From positions 37,734-101,733 of the forward strand of contig CBDDUX010000008.1 in the NCBI GenBank assembly GCA_965234725.1: DNA of 64,000 nucleotides, in the 5' to 3' direction. The translations under genes were made by a program, and so were the position numbers. This DNA is from Thermoplasmatota archaeon. Lineage in GTDB: Archaea > Thermoplasmatota > Penumbrarchaeia > Penumbrarchaeales > Penumbrarchaeaceae. Every line of letters starts with the position of its first letter. Position 1 is the stretch's first letter. Below, piece by piece: positions 10,070-19,866 of this stretch. A model generated the notes under the pieces. It saw only the letters and a program-made list of their open reading frames with translations, did no database searches and had not been told where the DNA came from.

Positions 10070-10182
10070 GAGGGAACGGTTATTGGGTCTTATTGTTTTT
10101 GAAAGGTTTGTAACAAAGTGGTCTCATCAGATATCGGAAACGTTAATGTCTGAGGTGTAATTACACCCTGCGAGGTATATTC

Positions 10183-11481
10183 ATGACCCTACAACTTCCC
10201 GACAATGAGGATGTCAGATACATATACGAGCAGATAGACACCCATACGGATTGGTTCCATGATTCTCTCTGTATGATCGCTTCCGAGAATCTGGTATCAC
10301 CATTGGCCAGACAGCTTCAGGTATGCGATTTCACTGACAGGTACGCAGAGGGGCTTCCCGGAAAGAGATACTATAATGGGAACATCTACGTGGACAAGGT
10401 GGAGAACAGGGTTGAAGAGCTGGCAAAGAAGCTTTTCAAAGCGCCCGAAGCAGATGTCAGGCCCATTTCCGGAACAACGGCCAATATTTCAGCCTTCTTT
10501 GCCTTAATCAAACCCGGGGACCTCTATTTCGCACCGCATCTGAATGATGGGGCCCATATCTCCTCTGCAAAGTTCGGTGCCGGGGGATTGAGGGGCGGGA
10601 ACGAGATGACATATGTCTGGGACAAGGACCTGATGAACATCGACATTGATGAGACAAGGAAGCTTCTGTTGGAACATCGTCCCAAGCTATGCCTTTTTGG
10701 CAGGTCCGTATTCCTCTTTCCCGCTCCCCTGAAGGAACTTCAGGATACATTGCAGGAGATAGACTGCCATGTGTGGTATGACGGGGCTCATGTCCTTGGA
10801 CTGATCGCAGGAGGGAGGTTCCAGGACCCGCTGAGAGAAGGAGCCCATATCATCACCGGTTCGACCCACAAGACACTGCCCGGACCTCAGGGGGGAGTTA
10901 TAGTAGGTAATCCCAAGGACGAAGAACAGTGGAAGGCGATTAGAAGGAGGGTCTTCCCGGGAACACATTCCTCCCATCATCTTATGACAATGGCAGCAAA
11001 GGGCGTGGCGTTCGCAGAACACATCGAGTTCGGGGCCGAATATGCCGATCAGATCATCAGAAATGCGGGTGCTCTTGCTCAATCCCTGTATGAAAGGGGA
11101 TTCAAGGTCCTCGGAGAGAAACATGGTTTCACGAAGTCCCATGCTTTGGTAATGGATGTCACCGAGCAAGGTGGGGGAGCCACATGCGCCCTCGATCTTG
11201 AAACGGCCAACATCATCACCAACAAGAACCTGATACCGGACGATCCGGGAACTGCCATGAGACCATCAGGGCTCAGGTTGGGTGCCCAGGAATTGACAAG
11301 GATCGGTATGAAAGAATCTCACATGGCCGAGGTAGCAGAGATCTTCAAAAGGGTACTGATAGACAAGGAGGACCCTCTGAAGGTGAAAGAGGATGTCAAA
11401 GAGTTCAAGAATGATTTCCAGACCATCCACTATTGTTTCTCACCTGGCACAGAAGCATACAAAAAATGGATGATCTGTTAG
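10183..11481 (+). CDS. glyA: Serine hydroxymethyltransferase
   Basis: MIASEN, YAEGLPGKRYY, STHKTLPGPQGG (PLP Lys). Confidence 0.96.
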   Translation: MTLQLPDNEDVRYIYEQIDTHTDWFHDSLCMIASENLVSPLARQLQVCDFTDRYAEGLPGKRYYNGNIYVDKVENRVEELAKKLFKAPEADVRPISGTTANISAFFALIKPGDLYFAPHLNDGAHISSAKFGAGGLRGGNEMTYVWDKDLMNIDIDETRKLLLEHRPKLCLFGRSVFLFPAPLKELQDTLQEIDCHVWYDGAHVLGLIAGGRFQDPLREGAHIITGSTHKTLPGPQGGVIVGNPKDEEQWKAIRRRVFPGTHSSHHLMTMAAKGVAFAEHIEFGAEYADQIIRNAGALAQSLYERGFKVLGEKHGFTKSHALVMDVTEQGGGATCALDLETANIITNKNLIPDDPGTAMRPSGLRLGAQELTRIGMKESHMAEVAEIFKRVLIDKEDPLKVKEDVKEFKNDFQTIHYCFSPGTEAYKKWMIC

Positions 11482-11532
11482 AAATTCCTGAAAATAGTAA
11501 TGACCAAACGATCCATAATCTACTTGTCTTTC

Positions 11533-13170
11533 TCACTGTTCAAGTATGGATCTGCAGTAATCGAGACCCTGCAATCCTACTTCATTGTTGGGTTCCAGAT
11601 CAAGTAGGTTCTTGTAGCACTCCATAGCAGGTTCTATCTCTCCCATCTTCTCGAGGATTATTCCGGCATTCATCCAAGTGGAGGGTGTCTTTTCGTTGAT
11701 CCTAAGAGCCTCGTCCAAGCACTCCAGGGCTTCTCTAAGCCTTCCGGCCCTGGTGAATACTACCGCTTTGTTGTTCCAGCCATCCTCGGAGTAAGGGTCC
11801 TTCTTCACAGCTCTGTCCAGACATTCCAGTGAATCGTCCAGATCACCCTTTATTGAAAGAAGGGTGGCATAGTTGATAAGGGTCTCGACTGAATCGGGAT
11901 CCATTTCGAGTATGTGTTTATAAAGTTCTATCGAACCTTCAACATCCCCTTGATCATAAAGGATAACCCCCTTCTCATTCAGAATGGCCAGATCATCTGG
12001 CTTATCCTTGAGCAGACGATCTGCCATCTCAGATGCTTCCTGGATCTCTCCATCCTCCATAAGCATCTTTAAAGATAAAAGGGAATCATCATAGACTTTT
12101 TCAACCGGTTCTGTTCCGATCTTTTTCCGTTCTTCTATCTTTACCACATCTCTCTCAGATTGCATCTCAGATGGACCACTTTCCTCTTCAATGTCAGCAA
12201 GTGTTTCCTCTTCTCCAATTGTCTGGATCCCTGCCTTCGACCTCTGAGTTGTCTCACTTTTCTTCATCTCATCGATCATTTCGAAACCTAACCCCGGTCC
12301 TGCGGGAACTGTGGAGGGGGGCATCTCAAGAGCCATTGAATGGTTTTGTTCCCGTGGTCGTGATTTCACCCTTATAACATCCGTTGTATCCCTAAGTTCA
12401 TCTTGTGGAGCTTTCATTTTCATGATCTCTTTTGTGTCCTCCAGGCCTGTTCTTGGAGGGATGGTGATTAGGGTAGAGTCATCATCCTCAAGGCCTGGTT
12501 TGGGAGCACCGATCTTGATCGGAACATCACTGTCCTCCAGACCTTCCTTCGGAGGTGTCATCATCATGGGTTTTTCATCCTGGTCCTCAAGCCACTCGAT
12601 CCTTCCCCCTCTCATAGATGATCCGTTGTTTAGGATCCCTGCCCGGTCGTCCAAGTTGCGGGCGACAAGCCTTCTCTTGATCACTCTGGCCACTTTTGGA
12701 CGTTCCTTGACCGAACCGTTGGAAAGTTGAATTGTATCCTTCTTCTCCTTATCCTCGAGTTCCTTTTCCATTTTGAGGAATCTACTTTCAGATGAGGAGA
12801 TGTCGCCCCCACTATGGATCTGTTGGTATATCTTAGAAAGTTCTTCTTTGATCTCTGTCCTGGCTCTCTCCTGATCCTGACCCTTGGGATGTTTCTGGTT
12901 TTCCCTTCTTCTCAAGGTCTGGACCAGATTTTGATGCTCTTCACGGGTGATCCCCATATGAACTCTGACATCCTCCATCATCTCCTCAAGGAGTTCGTCT
13001 TCCATCCTGGCAGAGACATATTTCTTCATCAAGGACCCATAGAATTCCATATTCCTTGCATGCCTTTCAATATCGAGGTTGGATCTGGACCTCACAGTAG
13101 AATCATCCTTATCCCTTATCAATGCCCTTAAACCCTTACCCAGGGCGCCACTATTATTATTCCTGGCCAT
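11533..13170 (-). CDS. TPR-repeat protein with N-terminal ParB-like peptide and low-complexity repeat linker
   Basis: About five TPRs at the C-terminus (e.g. GWNNKAVVFTRAGRLREALECLDEAL); ATG 13170 (MARNNNSGALGKGLRALI) preferred to the TTG at 13209. Confidence 0.8.
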   Translation of the reverse strand: MARNNNSGALGKGLRALIRDKDDSTVRSRSNLDIERHARNMEFYGSLMKKYVSARMEDELLEEMMEDVRVHMGITREEHQNLVQTLRRRENQKHPKGQDQERARTEIKEELSKIYQQIHSGGDISSSESRFLKMEKELEDKEKKDTIQLSNGSVKERPKVARVIKRRLVARNLDDRAGILNNGSSMRGGRIEWLEDQDEKPMMMTPPKEGLEDSDVPIKIGAPKPGLEDDDSTLITIPPRTGLEDTKEIMKMKAPQDELRDTTDVIRVKSRPREQNHSMALEMPPSTVPAGPGLGFEMIDEMKKSETTQRSKAGIQTIGEEETLADIEEESGPSEMQSERDVVKIEERKKIGTEPVEKVYDDSLLSLKMLMEDGEIQEASEMADRLLKDKPDDLAILNEKGVILYDQGDVEGSIELYKHILEMDPDSVETLINYATLLSIKGDLDDSLECLDRAVKKDPYSEDGWNNKAVVFTRAGRLREALECLDEALRINEKTPSTWMNAGIILEKMGEIEPAMECYKNLLDLEPNNEVGLQGLDYCRSILEQ

Positions 13171-13419
13171 TGGAGTTCTCCATTGAAGATTATTGAAACC
13201 GGGAATCAAGGTCCAGCATTAAGTGTTTTCCTTGCCCAAACCCCATTTTGAAAGAACATTCGCAAATATCCATTTTGCGGTCGGATTCACTTTCACCTAT
13301 CCCCTATCACTAATGGTTTTTAACTATGGTCGCCGATCATTTTTCGAAGATGGACAATGTCCCCCGTTTAACAGAAAACGCCCGAAGATGGAACAGACTG
13401 GGCGTCTGGAAGTGAAAAG

Positions 13420-14661
13420 ATGAAGAACATGGAAGAGATGAAAGAAGAGGTCCATCGTTTGTCACGGGACCTTGGAATATCATTGGAAGAAGCTGAGAGA
13501 TCGGTCTATAGCTCCTATGGCATCGATCCACCTGTGGAAAGCAGGTCAATTTCTGACCTATCCGAGTTAGAGGAAGGTATGCAGGGAGTGACCATCAGAG
13601 CTCGTCTTGTAACGGTTCACAGGGCCGAGAGGAAGGATGGGCAGGGTGAATACAGCTATGGAATGCTTGGAGATTCCTCCAATACTGTAAGATTCTCCGC
13701 TTGGAGGACCTTCGATTACATTCCTGGTGATGCTCTGGTGCTTCAGAATATCTCTGTGAGAAAGTTCAGGGATGAACTTGAAGTTGTCATTGGTGATAGG
13801 TCCCTTATTGGTTCCACTGATGAAAAGGACGGTCTCCTTCCCCCAATAGATGAAGGTGTTCCAGGAATGATCGGTGAGCTGGAGGTGGGATCCAGGAGAA
13901 TAGACATTGAGGGCAGGGTCATTGATCTAAACAAAGGGGAGGTTAAGATAAATGATAGGCCAAAGGAAATACTTCGTGGTACATTGGCCGACAGTTCCGG
14001 CAGGATCGATATCACTTGTTGGGACCCATTACCCCTTGAGGAAGGGGATTGTTACAGGATCATCGGTGGATATGTCAAGGAATATCGGGGTATTCTAAAA
14101 CTGAACTTGGATAATGGGACTGTTGTCAAGAAATTACAAAGTGACTCTCTCCCGCCCCTTGAGGACCTCAAGGCCCCAAGGGATGTTAGGATACTGGAAC
14201 TGCAGGATGGAAGGATAGGTGGTCAGGTAAGGTTAAGGGGTACCGTCATTGATGTTAGATCGGGGTCCGGGCTATATAAGAAATGCCAGGAATGCGGGAG
14301 GAAGCTTACCAAAGGTCAGTGCACCGTACATGGAAAGGTAAAGGGTGAAGAGGATATGGCTGTCCGGGCTGTTTTCGATGATGGCACTGGAACATGTATG
14401 CTGAGGGGGAACAGGTCACTGGTGGAGGGACTGATGGGCCGACCTATGGAGGTAATTTCCCGGGAGGTAAAGGAATCCATGGATCCCGATATTGTGACAG
14501 AAGAATTGGATCGTCTTCTTGTCTCCAGGACTTATACCGTCATAGGTGTATCGATCCTTGATGATTATGGCATCAGTCTGAATGTATCGGAAATGGAAAG
14601 GGGATGGAACAATGATCTACTCAAGGATGAGGTCTCTCTCCTTCTGGGGGTGGTGGAATGA
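13420..14661 (+). CDS. rpa: Replication protein A (multiple OB folds plus Zn finger)
   Basis: Repeated OB-fold motifs (GMLGDSS..VRFSAW; GTLADSSGRIDITCW; FDDGTG) and CQEC...CTVH Zn finger. Confidence 0.88.
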   Translation: MKNMEEMKEEVHRLSRDLGISLEEAERSVYSSYGIDPPVESRSISDLSELEEGMQGVTIRARLVTVHRAERKDGQGEYSYGMLGDSSNTVRFSAWRTFDYIPGDALVLQNISVRKFRDELEVVIGDRSLIGSTDEKDGLLPPIDEGVPGMIGELEVGSRRIDIEGRVIDLNKGEVKINDRPKEILRGTLADSSGRIDITCWDPLPLEEGDCYRIIGGYVKEYRGILKLNLDNGTVVKKLQSDSLPPLEDLKAPRDVRILELQDGRIGGQVRLRGTVIDVRSGSGLYKKCQECGRKLTKGQCTVHGKVKGEEDMAVRAVFDDGTGTCMLRGNRSLVEGLMGRPMEVISREVKESMDPDIVTEELDRLLVSRTYTVIGVSILDDYGISLNVSEMERGWNNDLLKDEVSLLLGVVE

Positions 14662-15500
14662 GGAAACGTGAGCCTGCAATGCCTGTCCTGATAAAGGACA
14701 TCCTTCTATCAACCGAGGAATCACCCATAGAGGAGGATGGGCCAAGGGCATATCAGATAACTCCAACCGGCGCTTGCCTTTACAGAGCGATCATTTCCGG
14801 GGTACTCATGGAAATGGATGATATCGGATCAGAGGGTTCCAGGCTCTTCAGGTTGAGGGTCGCTGATCCCACAGGTGGAATATCCTTCACTGTCGGACGA
14901 TTCAACCCAGGTCTGATAGATATGATCTCTTCTATGGAAGCTCCATGCTTCGTAACGGTTGTGGGAAAGGTCACCAGGTTCGATTCCAGAAAGGGCGACA
15001 GGGTTGTGACCATCAATCCAGAATCCATTGTTCGAATAGACAAGGAAGAAAGGGATTCCTGGAATCTACTTGCGATCAGGGACGCCCTTGCCAGACTCTG
15101 GAAACTTGAAGGCAGGGGCCCACTTCCAGGTAGAGGATTGGAGGTATCTCCCCCAAATGAACCCAGAGGAGGAGAGGAGACCGCAGAAGAGGCAAATTCC
15201 CTTATCAAAGAGACCCTTCTCTCAATTGATCGGGGGAGGTTTACCAAGGAACTCGAGATGGCCATGGACATTTCAAATGGTGGTACCATCGAAGGATCGG
15301 ATGATCTTGAGCAATACGAGGAAGAGGTAGTCAAGATGATCACTGACCTTGACAAAGGGGATGGAGCAAGATGGGATGATCTGGTCGACCTGGTAGAGAG
15401 AAAACGACTATCTCGGAACATCATTGAAGAGGTGATCTCAAATCTTTTGGACAAAGGTCTACTTTATGAACCGGTCCTGGGTTTCCTAAAAGCTGTTTAA
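14658..15500 (+). CDS. RPA-associated protein (OB fold plus C-terminal wHTH)
   Basis: MRKREPA start, RVADPTG, C-terminal LLDKGLLYEP; ATGA overlap with rpa. Confidence 0.85.
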   Translation: MRKREPAMPVLIKDILLSTEESPIEEDGPRAYQITPTGACLYRAIISGVLMEMDDIGSEGSRLFRLRVADPTGGISFTVGRFNPGLIDMISSMEAPCFVTVVGKVTRFDSRKGDRVVTINPESIVRIDKEERDSWNLLAIRDALARLWKLEGRGPLPGRGLEVSPPNEPRGGEETAEEANSLIKETLLSIDRGRFTKELEMAMDISNGGTIEGSDDLEQYEEEVVKMITDLDKGDGARWDDLVDLVERKRLSRNIIEEVISNLLDKGLLYEPVLGFLKAV

Positions 15501-15524
15501 TTACTTCATACCCGAATTTCAAAT

Positions 15525-17567
15525 ATGACCTCTCTTTATCCCTATGCTATGTCGGAACGAAAGATATTCATAGGGGCTGCTTGGCCTTATGCAAATGGCC
15601 CCCTGCATCTCGGTCACATCGCCGGCTGTTTACTACCAGCGGATATTTTCGCCAGGTATTGTAGATTGATGGGTTACGATACCCTATTCGTTTCCGGTTC
15701 CGACATGCATGGTACTCCGATCACTGTTACTGCTGACAAGGAGGGAAATACTCCTGAGGAGGTGGCCGAGAGGAACCATTCATCGATACTTGAGACCATT
15801 TCTTCCTTGAGGATATCATATGATCTTTATACCAAGACCCACACCGAGCACCATTTTAAGGTTGTACAGGAAATTTTTCTCACCCTGATGGAAAATGGTT
15901 TCATCGAAACTAGGACCGAAGAAGCTCCTTATTGTATGTCCTGTTCAAAGTTCATGCCGGACAGGTACATCGAAGGGACCTGTCCTCACTGCAATTATAT
16001 CGGAGCAAGGGGAGATCAATGCGATAACTGCGGCAAAGTCCTGGATGCATCCGAACTATTGGACCCAAAGTGCAAGATTTGTGGCGGACCTCCAGATTTT
16101 AGGCCTACAGAACATTTCTACCTGCTCCTTACCCGTCTGGAAGAACGGATTAAGGATTTCGTTGAACAGAGAAAGGGACCATGGAGGCCCAATACACGGA
16201 ACAATACCGAGAACTTCCTCAGAGAGGGACTCAGGGACAGGGCGATCACCAGGGACCTTACCTGGGGTGTTCCGATCCCTTTGAAAGGTTTTGATGATAA
16301 GAGGATCTATGTCTGGTTCGAGGCTGTATGCGGCTACCTTTCTGCATCCAAGCTCTACTCGATCGAGAAGGGAAATCCGGAACTATGGGAATCCTACTGG
16401 AAAGATCCTGATTGCAGACATTATTACTTCCTTGCAAAGGATAACATACCCTTTCACACAATCATCTGGCCAGCAATCCTTTCCGCATATGGCGGATTGG
16501 ACCTACCGTATGATGTCCCTTCAAATGAGTATCTGAAATGGGATGGAGAACAGTTCTCAAAATCCAGAGGACACGGGGCTACCGTCAACGGTTTCTTGAA
16601 GGATTATCCTGTGGACCCTCTCAGGTTCTATCTTTCTATGAACATGCCGGAAAAAGGTGATGCAAACTTCGATCTATTTGAGTTCATCCAGAAGAACAAC
16701 ACAGAACTATTGGGGGCTCTTGGTAATTATCTTCACCGGGTAGTCTCCTTCATGGCAAAGAATTACGGAAAGGTCACTCATAGAGGCGATCTATCGGATG
16801 ATGATAAGAAGGTGTTGGAGAGTGCCTTTGCCCACTATAAGAAGGCCTTGTCATGTATGGAGGATGTCCGTTTAAAGGAAGGCATCCACGTCATGATGGA
16901 ATTGGTCAATGAGGCAAACAGATATTTCAACGACCAGGCACCCTGGAAGCTTGTCAAACAGGATAGTGAAAGATGTGAAACGGTACTTAACGTGGCACTT
17001 CATCTTGGAAAAGTGATAACATATGGATTCTACCCGTACATACCCCATGCTGTTGAAAGGTGGTACGGGATGATCAAAGTCTCAGGGCCGGAAAATGGCT
17101 CGTTCAAAGATGCTTTTGAAAACTTCTCGGAGGATCTATCTCTTGAGATGCCTGAACCCCTATTCACCAAGCTGGAACCACCAATAATGGACGAAGAAGC
17201 AGCGGAGGAACCTTTAATGGAAGAAAAGTCTGAAAAAGGAGATAAAGTAACATTCGATGAATTCATGAAATTGGACCTGAGGGTGGCAACGGTCCTCAGT
17301 GTGGAGGACCATCCAAAGGCCGATAAACTGTATGTTTTAAAGGTTGATGTCGGAGAAGAGGAGCCCAGGCAGATAGTTGCTGGAATGAAGAAGCACTATT
17401 CCATTCAGGAAATGGTAGGTAAGAAGATCATCATGGTCTCTAACCTGGAACCAGCTAAATTAAGGGGAGTGGTATCCAATGGTATGCTCCTTGCAGCGGA
17501 GAGTGGGAAAATAGTCTCCCTTCTTACAATAGATAAGGATGTTGGTCCAGGATCAAAGATACATTGA
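15525..17567 (+). CDS. metG: Methionine--tRNA ligase
   Basis: PYANGPLHLGH, Zn knuckles, KDNIPFH, FSKS, C-terminal tRNA-binding OB domain; start may be ATG 15549. Confidence 0.97.
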   Translation: MTSLYPYAMSERKIFIGAAWPYANGPLHLGHIAGCLLPADIFARYCRLMGYDTLFVSGSDMHGTPITVTADKEGNTPEEVAERNHSSILETISSLRISYDLYTKTHTEHHFKVVQEIFLTLMENGFIETRTEEAPYCMSCSKFMPDRYIEGTCPHCNYIGARGDQCDNCGKVLDASELLDPKCKICGGPPDFRPTEHFYLLLTRLEERIKDFVEQRKGPWRPNTRNNTENFLREGLRDRAITRDLTWGVPIPLKGFDDKRIYVWFEAVCGYLSASKLYSIEKGNPELWESYWKDPDCRHYYFLAKDNIPFHTIIWPAILSAYGGLDLPYDVPSNEYLKWDGEQFSKSRGHGATVNGFLKDYPVDPLRFYLSMNMPEKGDANFDLFEFIQKNNTELLGALGNYLHRVVSFMAKNYGKVTHRGDLSDDDKKVLESAFAHYKKALSCMEDVRLKEGIHVMMELVNEANRYFNDQAPWKLVKQDSERCETVLNVALHLGKVITYGFYPYIPHAVERWYGMIKVSGPENGSFKDAFENFSEDLSLEMPEPLFTKLEPPIMDEEAAEEPLMEEKSEKGDKVTFDEFMKLDLRVATVLSVEDHPKADKLYVLKVDVGEEEPRQIVAGMKKHYSIQEMVGKKIIMVSNLEPAKLRGVVSNGMLLAAESGKIVSLLTIDKDVGPGSKIH

Positions 17568-17570
17568 GCT

Positions 17571-18950
17571 TCAAGCGAACATCGTGTATCCCTCTTTTCG
17601 GAGGGGTGATGATCTGAACTGCAGGATGGTATCATCACTGGTGGTTTCCCTGATCTTCTTGATGGACATTTTGAAGTTCTCCATGGATATCTTCCTGACC
17701 TCAGCCCGGATAGCATACATCCCGGCTTCCGTGCAGATAGCCTTGATCTGAGCACCATTGAATCCTTCTGTCAATGCTGCAAGTTCCTCCGGAGTAACAG
17801 TCTCATCAAGGGACATTCTCTTTGTGTGGACCTTGAAGATCTCTATCCTGGATTTAATATCAGGGAGCGGGATCTCGATTATCCGGTCCAACCTCCCTGG
17901 TCTTAGAATGGCACTATCCAGGATATCCGGCCTATTGGTTGCGGCAATTATTCTGACATCCCCTAGTGGATCGAACCCATCTAGTTCCGCAAGGAGCTGT
18001 ATTAGAGTCCTATGGACTTCCCTGTCTGCGGATGTTGATGAATCAGTCCGCTTTCCAGCTATGGAATCCAGCTCATCCAGGAAAAGGATCGTGGGACTCT
18101 TTTCCCTTGCCATTTGAAAGAGCTCTCTTACCATCCTGGCCCCTTCACCAATGTATTTCTGGACAAGTTCAGACCCCACCATCCTTAGGAATGTGGTATT
18201 TGTCTCTCTTGCAATGGCCTTTGCAACCATCGTTTTGCCGCATCCCGGAGGACCAATCAGGAGAACACCTTTGGGGGGGTCTATCCCCACATCCTTGAAG
18301 AGGTCTGGTCTGATCAGAGGAAGTTCGACGACCTCCTTCAGCTCCATTATCTGTTCCTCAAGTCCTCCTATATCCTTGAACTCCACATCCGGACGTTCGA
18401 ACATCTCAGCGGAACCCACAAGAGGATCCTTGGAAGAGGGTAGAATACCGGTCACTGTCATGGTGTCCTTGTTCAGAGCCACCTTGTCCCCTATCTCCAG
18501 GGAACCTTTTTCAATAGATGATAGTACTTTTACAACAAAAGAAGGTCCTCCGGAAGTTGAGACCACCACCTGATCATCCTTCAGATGGTCCACTATGGAT
18601 CCAACGATCAAGGGGGGAGATTTCAACCTGTTTAGTTCTCCATTCAGGACCATGACCTTGTTCTGAAGCCTCATTACTTCATTCTCGAGGTACCTTTTCT
18701 CCTCATGGGACCTGACAGCTTCCCTTCTCCATGGATTGTCCTCAGAATCCCAATTCGCCTTATCTACCTCATCCCGTATCCAATCTCTTGCAGTTCTATC
18801 ACTGCCGGATGACCACCTAAGGTCCGCATCTTCATTAAAGATTTCATTATCGGTATCTTCTAAGATCTTTTCCTCATCCTGATCTGTATCGACCTTTTCG
18901 GAGAGATCATCATATGTATATTCCTTTTTTTTCTTCATGTCCATTCTCAA
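17571..18950 (-). CDS. pan: Proteasome-activating nucleotidase
   Basis: Coiled coil plus OB (SPPLIVG), GPPGCGKT, FLDELD, RPGRLDR, C-terminal HbYX-like MFA. Confidence 0.93.
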   Translation of the reverse strand: MRMDMKKKKEYTYDDLSEKVDTDQDEEKILEDTDNEIFNEDADLRWSSGSDRTARDWIRDEVDKANWDSEDNPWRREAVRSHEEKRYLENEVMRLQNKVMVLNGELNRLKSPPLIVGSIVDHLKDDQVVVSTSGGPSFVVKVLSSIEKGSLEIGDKVALNKDTMTVTGILPSSKDPLVGSAEMFERPDVEFKDIGGLEEQIMELKEVVELPLIRPDLFKDVGIDPPKGVLLIGPPGCGKTMVAKAIARETNTTFLRMVGSELVQKYIGEGARMVRELFQMAREKSPTILFLDELDSIAGKRTDSSTSADREVHRTLIQLLAELDGFDPLGDVRIIAATNRPDILDSAILRPGRLDRIIEIPLPDIKSRIEIFKVHTKRMSLDETVTPEELAALTEGFNGAQIKAICTEAGMYAIRAEVRKISMENFKMSIKKIRETTSDDTILQFRSSPLRKEGYTMFA

Positions 18951-19163
18951 CTTAATAAAGTTCTATCAAAGTAATAACCTTTCTCCCTCCATATAACCGG
19001 GTATCTCCATATTAATGTACAAATATAATGTGCATTTCCGTTGAAACATGTTGTGTCAAGTGCATTTGGAAAAATCACCACTTTTACTGTTATCAACTCA
19101 TGGGAACCGTTGAACCTTACGAAGTTTTAATTAACCTTCAATGAATCTCCTTTTGGTGATTTT

Positions 19164-19799
19164 CTGTACGAGGCGGTCCTTTCTGTAAATCTGGAGAACA
19201 GCTGGGTTGGAAAGGCAACAGGTCAGCTTCCTATATCGGTGAACATTCTTGATACCATTCCTTTTGGGGAGGAGGGTGTTCAGGACCTGGCAGAGATAAA
19301 GTTGAATGGTACGGAACCATCTTTGCTGGAAAAGATCATCGGTCAATTCGATGGTGTGGATTTCGTCAAAGCCAGCCAGGTAGAACAGGATAAGGTCATC
19401 ATCATTGTAGGTACCAGAGGATGCGGGGGATGCAGGTCCATCCTTGAATCCGGTTGTTTCCTCATATCAGCCAGATCTGATCCACAGGGGTGGGTGGAAT
19501 GGAAGTTGATAATGAATGAGAAGGTCCAGCTTCAGAAGCTCGTTACCAACCTAACGGATAAAGGGATCGAATCTTCCCTTATTATGATCCATCCTATCGA
19601 TGACAAGGATTCTCTCACCCCCAGACAGGAGAATATAATCAAAACGGCCCTTGAGAGGGGATACTATGATTTCCCCAAGAGGATAGGTATCAGGGAACTT
19701 GCGAGGATCTTTTCCATTTCCACTGCCTCTGTTTCTGAGACGCTCCGGAGGGGTCAGAAGAAGATCATCGAGCATTACTTCAAGGACAAAGGGGAATAA
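19164..19799 (+). CDS. HTH_10 (Bat-type) transcriptional regulator, probable CTG start
   Basis: C-terminal LTPRQ..ALERGYYDFPKRI..ELA..STASVSETLRRG; frame open from TAA 19128, GGTGAT SD 3 nt before CTG 19164; the ORF track starts it at GTG 19239. Confidence 0.85.
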   Translation: MYEAVLSVNLENSWVGKATGQLPISVNILDTIPFGEEGVQDLAEIKLNGTEPSLLEKIIGQFDGVDFVKASQVEQDKVIIIVGTRGCGGCRSILESGCFLISARSDPQGWVEWKLIMNEKVQLQKLVTNLTDKGIESSLIMIHPIDDKDSLTPRQENIIKTALERGYYDFPKRIGIRELARIFSISTASVSETLRRGQKKIIEHYFKDKGE

Positions 19800-19866
19800 T
19801 ACTCCCCAAATCAGGTGAGAATCTTTTATAGACCCATTCTTTTGACTATTTCAGGAGGTATGCAAA

